Of a stretch of DNA of 64,000 nucleotides, positions 20,761 to 30,307 are shown piece by piece. A program made the translations under genes and the position numbers. This DNA comes from Methanomassiliicoccaceae archaeon UBA71 (lineage in GTDB: Archaea; Thermoplasmatota; Thermoplasmata; Methanomassiliicoccales; Methanomethylophilaceae). Numbering within the stretch: position 1 is the stretch's first letter; each line of letters starts with the position of its first letter. Under the pieces are notes generated by a model. That model was not told the DNA's origin. It saw nothing but the letters and a program-made list of their open reading frames with translations, and searched no databases. The stretch is taken from contig DARO01000006.1 in NCBI GenBank assembly GCA_002504405.1, forward strand, positions 19,189 to 83,188. Reading direction: 5' to 3'.

Positions 20761-21819
20761 TCATTCCCTGTCCATCGCCCTCAGGACGTCTCCCGCATCG
20801 GCTATGAAGCTCAGGTCCGCGAACGAGTGGATCGGTGCATCGGGGTCGTTGTTCACGGCTATGACCTTCCCCGAGCGTAGCATGCCCGCACGATGCTGCA
20901 CCGCACCGGATATCCCGAAGGCGAGGTAGATCTCGGGGGCGACCGTCCGACCGGACATCCCGACCTGGCGGCTCCTGGGCATCCACCCCTTCTCGACAAG
21001 TGCCCTGGAGCACGATACCTGGGCCCCTATCTTCCGGGCGACGGATTCGGCCACGTCTATGAGCGACCTGTCGCGGATCCCGTCCCCGAGAGATATCAGA
21101 ACCTTCGCGTCGCGGATGTCGGAGCCGTCCTCCTCCATCGGCTCATCGGAAATCACATCCTTGATGCATTCTGGGCAGAACTGCCAGTAAATCACAGTCC
21201 CCTGCCCCTCGGAATCCTCGGGTCTTGGGAAAGACCCGGGACGGACTGTCGCCATCTGGGGGTACTTGGTGCACTCTATATCTGCCATCAGATTCCCGCC
21301 GAAGGCTGGGCGCGTCATGATGAGCTTCCGGCCATCCGCCCTCAGCCCGGTGCAGTCCGCGGTCAGCCCCAGCCCCATCTTCGCCGCTATCCGAGGAGCC
21401 ACCTCCCTCCCGCGGGACGTGGCACCGATGAGGACCGCGGCCGGCACTATGCGGTCCATCAGGGACGCTATGCATTCGGCATAGGCCTCGGGGCTGTACC
21501 TCTCCAGGGATTTCTCCCTGACATGGTACAGCGTATCCACCCCGTAGCCGAATAGCCTTCCATAAAGGGACTTCAGCTCCGTTCCCCCGAATACGACTGC
21601 GAAAACACGCCCGTCGGTGAGATTCCTGGCAGCGCCGATTAGCTCCGCCCCGGAATCGTCGATGCGGGGGCCGTCAGGACCTTCCACTACCTCCGTCCAC
21701 ACCAGTATGCCGTCGGCGGTGGACTGGTTGAGATCGTACGCCTTCAGCATCCCAGGGGGGAGCCTGTTGGGGTCGTCCGTCCCGCAGGTGGAGCACGACC
21801 CTCCCTCGCATCCGCTCAT
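20761..21819 (-). CDS. etfA: Electron transfer flavoprotein alpha subunit
   Basis: GLTADCT, TRPAFGGNLMA, TVRPG, RQVGMSGRTVAPEIY and GISGAVQH motifs. N-terminal CxxxxCxxC extension. Confidence 0.93.
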   Translation of the reverse strand: MSGCEGGSCSTCGTDDPNRLPPGMLKAYDLNQSTADGILVWTEVVEGPDGPRIDDSGAELIGAARNLTDGRVFAVVFGGTELKSLYGRLFGYGVDTLYHVREKSLERYSPEAYAECIASLMDRIVPAAVLIGATSRGREVAPRIAAKMGLGLTADCTGLRADGRKLIMTRPAFGGNLMADIECTKYPQMATVRPGSFPRPEDSEGQGTVIYWQFCPECIKDVISDEPMEEDGSDIRDAKVLISLGDGIRDRSLIDVAESVARKIGAQVSCSRALVEKGWMPRSRQVGMSGRTVAPEIYLAFGISGAVQHRAGMLRSGKVIAVNNDPDAPIHSFADLSFIADAGDVLRAMDRE

Positions 21820-22592
21820 CTGGACCCCTCCAGCTCCGTCATGATGAAATCCGCGGCGGTCGCCGGATTGGATATCTCCACCCTGCGGTTCCTGCGGGTC
21901 GACATCACAGACTCGGTAGAGACGATCCTTGTCAGGGACCCTTTGAGGCCCACGGAGTACACCCCCAGCCCCAGCGCGACGCGGTCGACCTCCTTGATGG
22001 GCCTCCCCAGCGATTCAAGGTACCCCCTTATGCTCGGTAGCGGGCAGTTCGGGTCAACCGTGCCGAAGGAGACGACCGATCCCTTCGGGACCCTCGCCGT
22101 CCTCCTCACGTGCCCGTAGTCCTGGACTGCCAAGAACGAATCTCCATCCCTCTCGAGCGATTCCGTGTATGCGAACTGCTGAACGTCAAGGAGGGCGGCC
22201 ACCTCGTACGGCACCTGGCCGGTGTCCCCGTCTATGGCCTGCCTACCGAAGACGTACAGCGACGCATCGGGGATGTTGCCTGTTATGAAGGCTGCCAGAG
22301 CCCTGGCGGTGGCGTAGACGTCCGCACCGGCGAAGGCCCTGTCCGTTATCAGATATGCGGAGTCGGCACCCAGCTCCAGGCACCTCCTGAGGGCCTCCGC
22401 CGCCTGTGGGGGCCCCATGGTGAAAACGACGACCTCGTCGCCGCTCTCCCTGATGCGCAGGACTTCGGCGAGCGCCTGCTCGTCGTACGGATTCAGTATG
22501 GCCGGCACGCCCGTCCTGACGAGGGAGCCGTTCTCGTCCACGGACATCTCCATGGTGTCAGGCACCTGCTTGACAGCTACTGCGAACCTCAT
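21816..22592 (-). CDS. etfB: Electron transfer flavoprotein beta subunit
   Basis: VAVKQVPDT, NPYDEQAL, TMGPPQA, DRAFAGAD and QAIDGDTGQV motifs. Confidence 0.94.
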   Translation of the reverse strand: MRFAVAVKQVPDTMEMSVDENGSLVRTGVPAILNPYDEQALAEVLRIRESGDEVVVFTMGPPQAAEALRRCLELGADSAYLITDRAFAGADVYATARALAAFITGNIPDASLYVFGRQAIDGDTGQVPYEVAALLDVQQFAYTESLERDGDSFLAVQDYGHVRRTARVPKGSVVSFGTVDPNCPLPSIRGYLESLGRPIKEVDRVALGLGVYSVGLKGSLTRIVSTESVMSTRRNRRVEISNPATAADFIMTELEGSR

Positions 22593-24151
22593 TGGACCGC
22601 CCCCAGGATGTTGCCGCGGCAGAGGATGCCCTTGGGATCCAGGATGTCCTTGACCTTACGTATCTGCTCGACGCCCTCGCGTCCGTAGAGGAGCTCCATG
22701 TAGTCGATCTTGATCTTGCCTATGCCGTGCTCGGCGCTCGGAGACCCCCCTAGCTCCACTGCCTTCCTTGCGAAGCGCCCGTAGACCTCCTTCGCCTTCT
22801 CGAAGTCGTCCATGGACTTCAGTATGATCTCCACATGCGGATGGTTGTTCCCTATGTGCCCGAAGACAACGTACTCCAGACCGGCGGCGTCCAGCTGCTC
22901 GGAGTAGTACGCCATCATCTCATCGGCCGCGGAATCGGGGACGGACATGTCCGTCCCCATCTTGTGTATCCCGGGCATCCCCTGCTTAAGGGATGCGACA
23001 TACTCGAAGATGGACCTCGGGATGGAGTGCCTCATGTCCCTCATGCGGGCACGGTCACCTTCCGTGTGTCCGCACCACGAGTCCTCGAGAGAGCTCCCGT
23101 GCCTCTCGGCGATAGCGGCCACATGCGAATACCTGTCCACCATGTCGTCTGTCATCATCATGTCGAAGAACAGGGCGGCACCGGCTCTGTCGGGAATGCG
23201 GGGAACCCTCACCATGGCTGGGTCCGAGCCCATGACGCCCCTCAGCAGCTCCAGAGACCTCCCGTCCATGTACTCCAGGAACTCCGGGTCTATGGCCTCG
23301 TCGCTGCGGATCTCCTTGACCGCAGCAAGGGCATCCGAGTCCGACGGGAAGAACAGGATGTTCGACATCAGTGGATGCCATGGAGCCAGGTAGACGTCGG
23401 CCTCCGCTATGATCCCGAATATGCCCTCCGAGCCCACGAACATGTCTATGAGGTCCATATCCTCGTGGAACATCGGTCCTGCGGCGTTCTTGACGCTCGT
23501 GTTGAAGTCGTATGTGGGGATGTCGAACGAGTAGTAGGACCTTCCTGCCGGGAAGCTCATGCGCCTCCCTTCGGCCTTGAAATCCCCCCTCTTGAAGTCC
23601 ACGTATTGCCCCTCGGGCAGCACCACCATCAGTCTGCGGATCCAGTCGCGTGTCGGGCCGTAGCGGTAGGTGCGGGGGCCAGACGCGTTGCATGCTATGT
23701 TGCCTCCGATGGACCCGCCCATCTCCGTGGGGTCCACAGGGTAGAAGTATGGCACCGGCTCGCCCGCCAGCGACTCCCTCGCCCCCTCTGTCACATCGGC
23801 CAGCTTGGAGAAGTCCCTGCCCCTGAGGACGGTGTTGATCTCCTCTATTGTAGTGCATGGAAGAACCCTGGCGAAGTAGCCGCGCTCGTCCCTGCCGATC
23901 CCCAGCACGCCGGACATCCTCTCCAACGATATCACGTCCCCCTCCAGGGGTACGCATCCCCCGCACACCCCCGTCCGCATGGCGCTGACGGTGATCGGGT
24001 TGCCCTTGGAGTTGTTGATGCGGACGGCTTCCCTGAGCTCGCCCTCGTTCAGGGGGATGATGACGTGCTCCCCCTTGCCGGTCATCTTTGACTCGTCCGT
24101 GAGGTACTTCGAGTCGCTGCGTATCCTCTGCCTGTAGAACATTTCACTCAT
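22589..24151 (-). CDS. FAD-linked oxidoreductase (GlcD / D-lactate dehydrogenase family)
   Basis: YPVDPTEMGGSIGGNIACNASG, GSEGIFGII, FGHIGNNHPH and AEHGIGKIK motifs. Confidence 0.9.
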   Translation of the reverse strand: MSEMFYRQRIRSDSKYLTDESKMTGKGEHVIIPLNEGELREAVRINNSKGNPITVSAMRTGVCGGCVPLEGDVISLERMSGVLGIGRDERGYFARVLPCTTIEEINTVLRGRDFSKLADVTEGARESLAGEPVPYFYPVDPTEMGGSIGGNIACNASGPRTYRYGPTRDWIRRLMVVLPEGQYVDFKRGDFKAEGRRMSFPAGRSYYSFDIPTYDFNTSVKNAAGPMFHEDMDLIDMFVGSEGIFGIIAEADVYLAPWHPLMSNILFFPSDSDALAAVKEIRSDEAIDPEFLEYMDGRSLELLRGVMGSDPAMVRVPRIPDRAGAALFFDMMMTDDMVDRYSHVAAIAERHGSSLEDSWCGHTEGDRARMRDMRHSIPRSIFEYVASLKQGMPGIHKMGTDMSVPDSAADEMMAYYSEQLDAAGLEYVVFGHIGNNHPHVEIILKSMDDFEKAKEVYGRFARKAVELGGSPSAEHGIGKIKIDYMELLYGREGVEQIRKVKDILDPKGILCRGNILGAVQ

Positions 24152-25091
24152 CCCATATGCGCGGGATCATTGCGGCGGTCACCGATTGCTCCGTGAGGGC
24201 CTTGCGGTCAAGCAGCCCCTTGCTCAAAAGCCCGACCGCCCCCCTGCCCTTGCCGATGTCCTCGTCGCCGTAGACGCGGTGTACAGCCTCCCCTACTGAG
24301 AGGCCTCCGCGAACCAGGTCCGCGATCGCATCCGGATAGCGGAACCCCGAGCCCTGGCCGTACGTCTCCCTGCCGTCCCTGTCGACGACCGTGCAGTGCT
24401 GGATGTCGTACAGCCCGTCCAGCATCTCGAAGACCCCGGCCTCTATGCCGACGGCCAGATCGTGGTCGCCGAGAGCAGCCCTCGCCCTATTGACTGATCC
24501 CTGGTGCGTCTGCCCCTCGAATGGCTGCGGAGGGACCCCGCTGTCCGCGTCCACGGCCGTGATGCGCACGTCGCCGTAGATCCTCTCCATGACCGAGCGC
24601 ACGGCGGACACCTTCACCGGGTTCAGGGATCCGACGGCGATATCAATCACCCCTGGGTCCCCGGACCTGCCGTACTCCCCCCTCATGATGGCTGATGCAC
24701 TCAACTTGGACCCGTCCGCCGCCTGGACGAGAGGCACAACGGCCAGCTCCATGGGAGGCATCCCCCTCGACTTCCTGCGGTCGTTGAGAAGGCGACCGTT
24801 TCCCAGCGTCTCCTCGGATACGACCAGGACGTCGATGCCGTCCATCACGTCGTCCGGTCCGAAAATGTCGTCGATCTCGAAAACCTCGTACTGCCCGAGA
24901 GTGGACAGATACGCCTCGAGCTCGGCCCTGCGGATGCCAATGGGGTTGTGGACCGCCCTCCCCTCGGAGGCCATGCGATCCGAGGTGATTCCGACTAGGA
25001 CCGAGTCCCCGGACTGGAACGCCCTCTTAAGCAAAGCCCTGTGCCCGTCGTGGAGGACGTCGAACGTCCCCGCCACTGCAACCCTCGTCAT
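24144..25091 (-). CDS. coaD: Bifunctional archaeal phosphopantetheine adenylyltransferase / YjjX-type ITP/XTP phosphatase
   Basis: N-terminal AGTFDVLHDGH (HxGH) and KLSAS; C-terminal VGSLNPVK, NRA and GIEAG. Confidence 0.88.
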   Translation of the reverse strand: MTRVAVAGTFDVLHDGHRALLKRAFQSGDSVLVGITSDRMASEGRAVHNPIGIRRAELEAYLSTLGQYEVFEIDDIFGPDDVMDGIDVLVVSEETLGNGRLLNDRRKSRGMPPMELAVVPLVQAADGSKLSASAIMRGEYGRSGDPGVIDIAVGSLNPVKVSAVRSVMERIYGDVRITAVDADSGVPPQPFEGQTHQGSVNRARAALGDHDLAVGIEAGVFEMLDGLYDIQHCTVVDRDGRETYGQGSGFRYPDAIADLVRGGLSVGEAVHRVYGDEDIGKGRGAVGLLSKGLLDRKALTEQSVTAAMIPRIWDE

Positions 25092-25291
25092 CAGAGAGTG
25101 ATGATGACGAGCGCGACCGTGACGACCACTATGGCCACCCAGATCAGCCCGAGCTTCCTGAGCTTTCCCTTAACCTCGTCGCCGGCTGTCTCCTTGCAGG
25201 CGGTGCTGCAGAACCTCCCGTCGCCGACGAATGCCTTTCCGCAGTTGACGCAGTGGTGGTGCTGCGGGATCTTCTCCGTGTACTCTGCCAT
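25091..25291 (-). CDS. Zn-ribbon membrane protein (DUF2116-like)
   Basis: IPQHHHCVNCGK...FCSTAC followed by a C-terminal TM helix. Confidence 0.8.
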   Translation of the reverse strand: MAEYTEKIPQHHHCVNCGKAFVGDGRFCSTACKETAGDEVKGKLRKLGLIWVAIVVVTVALVIITL

Positions 25292-25299
25292 GTTACCCC

Positions 25300-25893
25300 T
25301 CATGCCGACCTGCGGTCGGCCTCGTTGTGGACTATGATCATGCAATGGTCCGCATGCAGGCTCAGCGGCCCTATGTTAATGCTGTCGGGGAGATAGGACA
25401 GCAGGAGCGCTTCCTCCTCCTCCGTCAGGTCCCTGTTGTCCCCCAGGACGAACACTGGGTTCTCCGGGAAGTCGTACTCCCTGCAGTCCATGCCGTCCTC
25501 TTTGAGGTACACCATCTTCCCCACCTTGGAGAACCTCTCCAGGACGTCGGCGAACGACATCCTTGTGACGTAAACTCCGGGGCTGGACTTCGCCTCCTCC
25601 CCGGGCTGTACCTTCTTCAGCAGCGCGTTGCGCATGAGGGCGGCTGTGCTCCTCTCGTCGGGATTCAGGTACCTGAGCTCATCACCCTTGAAGATTATCG
25701 TCTTGGGCGGGTCCTCGCCGCCCATGAGCACAAGGTACAGCTCGACATCCTTGCGGAGATCGTGGCTCAGGAAGAACGCCGAGTTGACGCATCTGGCCAT
25801 GATGTCCAGCCTGCCGGCCCCGCCAGCTATGTCATCGAGCTTGAAGTCCCCTGTGGAGACCGCCTTGTGTCCGGTTATGACGAAGTACCTCAT
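25300..25893 (-). CDS. trmY: tRNA (pseudouridine54-N1)-methyltransferase, SPOUT family
   Basis: GRLDIMARC, LRYLNPDERS, FVLGDNRDL and LSLHADHC motifs. Confidence 0.9.
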   Translation of the reverse strand: MRYFVITGHKAVSTGDFKLDDIAGGAGRLDIMARCVNSAFFLSHDLRKDVELYLVLMGGEDPPKTIIFKGDELRYLNPDERSTAALMRNALLKKVQPGEEAKSSPGVYVTRMSFADVLERFSKVGKMVYLKEDGMDCREYDFPENPVFVLGDNRDLTEEEEALLLSYLPDSINIGPLSLHADHCMIIVHNEADRRSA

Positions 25894-27251
25894 CCGGATC
25901 CCTGCAGGTCCTTGAGGCTGTCCAGGTCGACGCCCGCCATCTGCTTCATCATCTGCTTGCGCATCTTGCGGTCCTTGCCGAAGGAGGTCATCGTCTTCTT
26001 TGTGGTGTTGTACTGCTTGAGGAGCTCGCGCACATCATGCGGTGTGACCCCGGCGCCGGCGGCGATCCTCTCGATCCTCTTTGCCTTGATTATCGAGGGG
26101 TCCTCCTTCTCCTGGGCGGTCATGGAATCCATTATCGTGCGGAAGACCTGCATCTTCCTCTGGGACGCCTCGTAGTCTATCTTGTCCTCCATGCCGCTCA
26201 TCCCAGGCAGCATGCCCATGAGCTTCTGGAGGGTCCCCATCTTCCCGACGGCTGCCATCTGGTAGTACATGTCGTTGAGGTTGAACTTGCCCGTCATGAT
26301 GGCGCGGCTGACGGCCTCCATCGCCTCCTGGTCGTCGATCTCCTCGGAAGCTATCTCCACAAGGCTGGACAGGTCTCCCATCCCCAGCAGCCTTGATATA
26401 AACTTCTTGGCGTCGAAGGCCTCGAGGTCGCGTATGTGCTCCCCGGTTCCGAGGAACACGATCCTCGCATTGGTCTTCGATATCGCGGATATGGCTCCGC
26501 CTCCCTTGGCGGTACCGTCCATCTTCGTGAGTATGACCCCGGTGACCCCGACCGCCTTGTGGAACGCCTCTGCCTGCGGCCCTGCCTGCTGACCTACCTG
26601 GGAGTCCAGGACCAGCAGCCTCTCGTCCGGTTTGGCGACCTCCGCGATCCTCTTGATCTCGTCGATGAGGTCGTCCTCGAGCGCATGCCTTCCGGACGTA
26701 TCGATGATCACGATCTTCTTGTCCTTGAAATGGGCGAGACCGTCCTTGACTATCTTGGCTGCATCGGTCTGCCCGGGCTCGCCGTAGACCTCCACCCCGA
26801 CCTTCTCGCCCAACTGCTTCAGCTGGTCGAGAGCGGCGGGACGGTAGACGTCGGCCCCGATTAGCCCGACCGAGAGCCCCTTCTTCGAGAAGTAGAGTGC
26901 GAGCTTGCCCGTTGTGGTGGTCTTACCCTGACCGTATAGACCGACCATCATGATGGTCTGCGGCTTCAGGGCTATGCCCTCCCCGTTGTTGACCAGGGCG
27001 ACGAGCTCCTCATAGATTATCCTGGTGACATGGTCCTTCATACCGCGGCCAGCCGCCGGAGGCTCGTTGAGGGCGCGGTCCTTCACTTTGTTGGTTACAT
27101 CCAGGACCAGCCTTACGTTGACATCGGCCTCCAGCAGAGCACGCTGCAGGTCCTTGCAGATGTCCTTGATGAGCTCGTCGTCCACCGACGAGGCGCTGCC
27201 GATGCGCCCCAGGACGTTCCTGAGCGACTTTCCCAATCCTTCAAGGGCCAT
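25890..27251 (-). CDS. srp54: Signal recognition particle protein SRP54
   Basis: ALLEADVN, GLYGQGKTTT, DVYRPAA, DTSGRH and TKMDGTAKGGGA motifs plus a Met-rich M domain. Start MALEGLG at 27251. Confidence 0.97.
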   Translation of the reverse strand: MALEGLGKSLRNVLGRIGSASSVDDELIKDICKDLQRALLEADVNVRLVLDVTNKVKDRALNEPPAAGRGMKDHVTRIIYEELVALVNNGEGIALKPQTIMMVGLYGQGKTTTTGKLALYFSKKGLSVGLIGADVYRPAALDQLKQLGEKVGVEVYGEPGQTDAAKIVKDGLAHFKDKKIVIIDTSGRHALEDDLIDEIKRIAEVAKPDERLLVLDSQVGQQAGPQAEAFHKAVGVTGVILTKMDGTAKGGGAISAISKTNARIVFLGTGEHIRDLEAFDAKKFISRLLGMGDLSSLVEIASEEIDDQEAMEAVSRAIMTGKFNLNDMYYQMAAVGKMGTLQKLMGMLPGMSGMEDKIDYEASQRKMQVFRTIMDSMTAQEKEDPSIIKAKRIERIAAGAGVTPHDVRELLKQYNTTKKTMTSFGKDRKMRKQMMKQMAGVDLDSLKDLQGSG

Positions 27252-27375
27252 GTTGATCGGTGGCTGGTAAAACGCGCGTTTATTATATACTTGTGGCAGG
27301 GCGCTCCGCTGAACTGGAAATCCCCGGAGACGAAAGAGGACGCGATGACCTTGAAAGAATAACAGTGGAAGTGTG

Positions 27376-27431
27376 GGGATAGGCCGAAGTATAAGAAGGG
27401 ATGGGATGCACTCTACAGTCCGGCCTAACCC
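27376..27431 (-). ncRNA. Candidate small structured RNA upstream of srp54
   Basis: 13-bp stem with one mismatch (GGGTTAGGCCGGA / TTCGGCCTATCCC) beginning about 26 nt downstream of an AAAAAG-TATTTATAA BRE/TATA-like promoter. No family recognised. Confidence 0.3.
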
Positions 27432-27525
27432 AGCAATCACATAGAATTAGTAACATTATAAATACTTTTTTGAAAAAGTACAAGCAAAACGGTAACAGCC
27501 AGATCGGCCAGATGAAAAGAGTTGT

Positions 27526-27545
27526 GGGGGCGGATGACCGCCCCC
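27526..27545 (-). terminator. Hairpin after coiled-coil gene
   Basis: GGGGGCGG-ATGA-CCGCCCCC. Confidence 0.6.
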
Positions 27546-27554
27546 TGGATAGTT

Positions 27555-28547
27555 TCAGAGGTACCCGGACTTCTGGAGGGCCATGAGGTCCTCGGTGGAG
27601 AGCTTGTCTCCGGCCTTGAAACGCTCGAAGATCTCCTTGGCCTCCTTCTTGCCCTCGGAATCGGACTTCTTCTTCTTGACCGAGTTCTTCTTGTTGCGGA
27701 TGTTGGAGGCATCCCTGTCCATCTCGTGGACGGACTTGATCTGCTCGATGTGCTTCTTGTGCTCCTCATCGGCGGCCTGCTTGCACTCGACGAACTTCGC
27801 CTGGGCTGCGTCGGCCTCCTTTCTGAGCCTGTCGGCCTGCTCGTAGAAGCCGATCATCCTGTCGTGGGCGGCCTGGGCCTTCTCGGCGTACTCGGCCACC
27901 TGGTGGTGGTAGACCTCTGCCTCGGCCTTGGCGTCCCTGAGCTGCTGGACGAGCTCTTTTACCTCGTCGTTCTGCTCGTAGACCTTCTCCCTCTCCTCGA
28001 TCTGCTTGGCCAGGATGGAGATCTGCTTGATGATCTCGTTCTCCTTGTCCTTGCCGAGAGGCTTGGTCATCTGGGTGTACTCAAGATCCTGGAGCTGTTT
28101 CTTCAGCTGCTTGACGGGAACCTCGTTCTTCTCGTCGGATTTCTCATTCCTGAAGGGAGCAAGCTGCTCCTTGAGGGCGGTGACCTTCTGGTTCCACTCG
28201 TCCCTGAGCTCCTTCGTCTCCCTGACCTTCTGGTTGAGCGAGTCGCGCTCCTCCCTGCACTTTCCGGCCTCGTCGACGAGCTCCCTGACCTGCGAGTTGA
28301 GGGCGTCTCTCTTTGCCTTCCACTCCTTGGTCTGGTTGTTCAGCTCGTCCCTGAGCTTCCTGTGCTTCTCGGCATCCTCATTGATGACGTCGCGCTTCTC
28401 CTCAATAGCCTCCAGGCTTTCTTCGGATCCGACGTCTGCAGTCTCCTCAACGCAGGGGACGGCTTCCATCGTTTCCTCTGTAACCTGCACCGGCTGCTGC
28501 TCTTCCTGAGAATCCTGCTGCTGAATTTCCTCCACAAAATCTTCCAT
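27555..28547 (-). CDS. Archaeal coiled-coil protein (COG1340-like)
   Basis: E/K/Q-rich heptads and C-terminal KLSTEDLMALQ. Start MEDFVEE at 28547, within track ORF 27555..29663. Confidence 0.8.
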   Translation of the reverse strand: MEDFVEEIQQQDSQEEQQPVQVTEETMEAVPCVEETADVGSEESLEAIEEKRDVINEDAEKHRKLRDELNNQTKEWKAKRDALNSQVRELVDEAGKCREERDSLNQKVRETKELRDEWNQKVTALKEQLAPFRNEKSDEKNEVPVKQLKKQLQDLEYTQMTKPLGKDKENEIIKQISILAKQIEEREKVYEQNDEVKELVQQLRDAKAEAEVYHHQVAEYAEKAQAAHDRMIGFYEQADRLRKEADAAQAKFVECKQAADEEHKKHIEQIKSVHEMDRDASNIRNKKNSVKKKKSDSEGKKEAKEIFERFKAGDKLSTEDLMALQKSGYL

Positions 28548-28724
28548 AAATCCACACCAACATTCGACGCGGTCATGATTTAAGCATGACCCACTTGTAA
28601 AGACGGCTATATGCCTATTATTTATAAGGATTTCTCTGCCTCGCCCGCGTCTACGGGAAGAGCCTGCCACGTCATGCCTCTGATAGATTAAAATATGCTC
28701 ACTCGATAATGCGCCCCGATTGAC

Positions 28725-30092
28725 ATGAGCAACGTCTGTCCCCTTGACTATCGTTACGGCCGCGAAGAGATGAAGGCAGTCTTCAGCGAGGAGAGCCGTA
28801 TCCAGAAGCAGATGCTTGTGGAGGCCGCGCTTGCCCGCGCACACGCCTCCCTCGGAACCATACCCCAGGAAGCCGCCGACGAGATCGGAAGGGTTGCCAG
28901 CCTGGATGTGGTCAGCATCGACAGGATCAAGGAGATCGAGAAGGACACCAGGCACGACCTCATGGCCATGGTCAAGGCGATGACCGAGCAGTGCACTGGA
29001 GATGCCGGCAAGTACGTCCACCTCGGGGCTACCAGCAACGACATAGTGGACACGGCAACCGCCCTGCAGATCAAGGATGCCATGGAGATAGTTCTGGAAG
29101 ACGTAGACAACATCATAATGACCTTCGCAAAGATCGCCAAGAGGGAGAGGGACACCCTCGAGATCGGAAGGACCCATGCTCAGTTCGCGATACCCATCAC
29201 ATTCGGGTTCAAGATCGCCGGATACATCGCCGAGATGCTCAGGCACAGGGAAAGGATAATCGAGGCCATGCCCAGGGTGTGCGCGGGAAAAATGGCAGGG
29301 GCCGTCGGAACCGGCGCGGCGCTGGGCAAGAACTTCTTCGAGGTCCAGAAGAGGGTCATGAAGGACCTCGGCCTGACCTACGAGCCGGCCGCCACACAGG
29401 TCGTCGGCAGGGACAGGTACACGGAGGCGGTCTGCATCATCGCCAACATCGCCACCTCCCTGGAGAGGTACGGAACCGAGGTCAGGAACCTCCAGAGGTC
29501 CGAGATCGGCGAGGCGTCCGAGTACTTCGACGTCGCCAAGCAGGTCGGCAGCTCCACCATGGCGCAGAAGAGGAACCCCATGAACTCCGAGAACGTCTGC
29601 GGCCTGGCCCGCGTCATCCGCGGATTCGTCACTCCCACGTTCGAGAGCCAGGTCCTCTGGCACGAGAGGGACCTGTCCAACTCGTCAACCGAGAGGTTCA
29701 CCCTGCCGCACGTGTTCATACTCATCGACGAGATCCTGAAGAAGATGAACTGGGTCTTTGAGGGCCTGGAAGTCCACAGGGACAGGATGCTCGAGGTCAT
29801 CGAGTCCTCCCGCGGCCTCGTGATGGCCGAGCCTCTGATGATGAAGCTCACGGAGAAAGGCATCGGAAGACAGGACGCCCATGAGATCATCCGCAGCTCC
29901 GCCATGATAGCCGAGGACCAGAAGAGGCACCTCAGGGACGTCCTGCTGGAGAGGGAGGATCTCAAAGGGGTCCTCACAGAGGAGGAGATCATCACCACGA
30001 TGGACGCCGCCAACTACGTCGGGGGCGCCAGGGAGATCGTTGACAAGATGGTCGCCGCCGCAGAGGACACCGTCGGCCGGAGCGTGGAGTGA
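28725..30092 (+). CDS. purB: Adenylosuccinate lyase
   Basis: TRHDLMA, VHLGATSNDI, GRTHAQFA and the GSSTMAQKRNP signature. Confidence 0.96.
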   Translation: MSNVCPLDYRYGREEMKAVFSEESRIQKQMLVEAALARAHASLGTIPQEAADEIGRVASLDVVSIDRIKEIEKDTRHDLMAMVKAMTEQCTGDAGKYVHLGATSNDIVDTATALQIKDAMEIVLEDVDNIIMTFAKIAKRERDTLEIGRTHAQFAIPITFGFKIAGYIAEMLRHRERIIEAMPRVCAGKMAGAVGTGAALGKNFFEVQKRVMKDLGLTYEPAATQVVGRDRYTEAVCIIANIATSLERYGTEVRNLQRSEIGEASEYFDVAKQVGSSTMAQKRNPMNSENVCGLARVIRGFVTPTFESQVLWHERDLSNSSTERFTLPHVFILIDEILKKMNWVFEGLEVHRDRMLEVIESSRGLVMAEPLMMKLTEKGIGRQDAHEIIRSSAMIAEDQKRHLRDVLLEREDLKGVLTEEEIITTMDAANYVGGAREIVDKMVAAAEDTVGRSVE

Positions 30093-30259
30093 TGGACCTA
30101 AGGGCCAAGCAGGGGCTGATCCTCGGTGCCATAGCAGGTGCTGCCCTGGGCGTTTTCCTATTCGCCGAGACGGGCAACCCGTGGGTCTTCCTGCTGATAC
30201 CCGTGGCAGCGGTGATGGGCATGGCCCCTCAGTTTCTCAGGCCTCCGGAAGAGGAGTGA
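30092..30259 (+). CDS. 55-aa two-TM membrane protein (absent from ORF track)
   Basis: Manual translation gives MDLRAKQGLILGAIAGAALGVFLFAETGNPWVFLLIPVAAVMGMAPQFLRPPEEE. TGATG overlap with purB. Confidence 0.7.
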   Translation: MDLRAKQGLILGAIAGAALGVFLFAETGNPWVFLLIPVAAVMGMAPQFLRPPEEE

Positions 30260-30276
30260 CCGTCGGGGAAATGGCC

Positions 30277-30294
30277 GGAGGGGCTAGCCCCTCC
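30277..30294. terminator. Hairpin between convergent genes
   Basis: GGAGGGG-CTAG-CCCCTCC. Confidence 0.6.
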
Positions 30295-30307
30295 TTAGTT
30301 TTCAGAA

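Noticed and set aside
24144-25091. CoaD-YjjX fusion as a novelty
   Set aside because: This bifunctional fusion is already known from Thermoplasmata-related archaea.
27290-27470. SRP (7S) RNA gene next to srp54
   Set aside because: Too short, and lacks the helix-8 CAGG...GNRA...AGCA motif. Retained only as an unknown RNA candidate.
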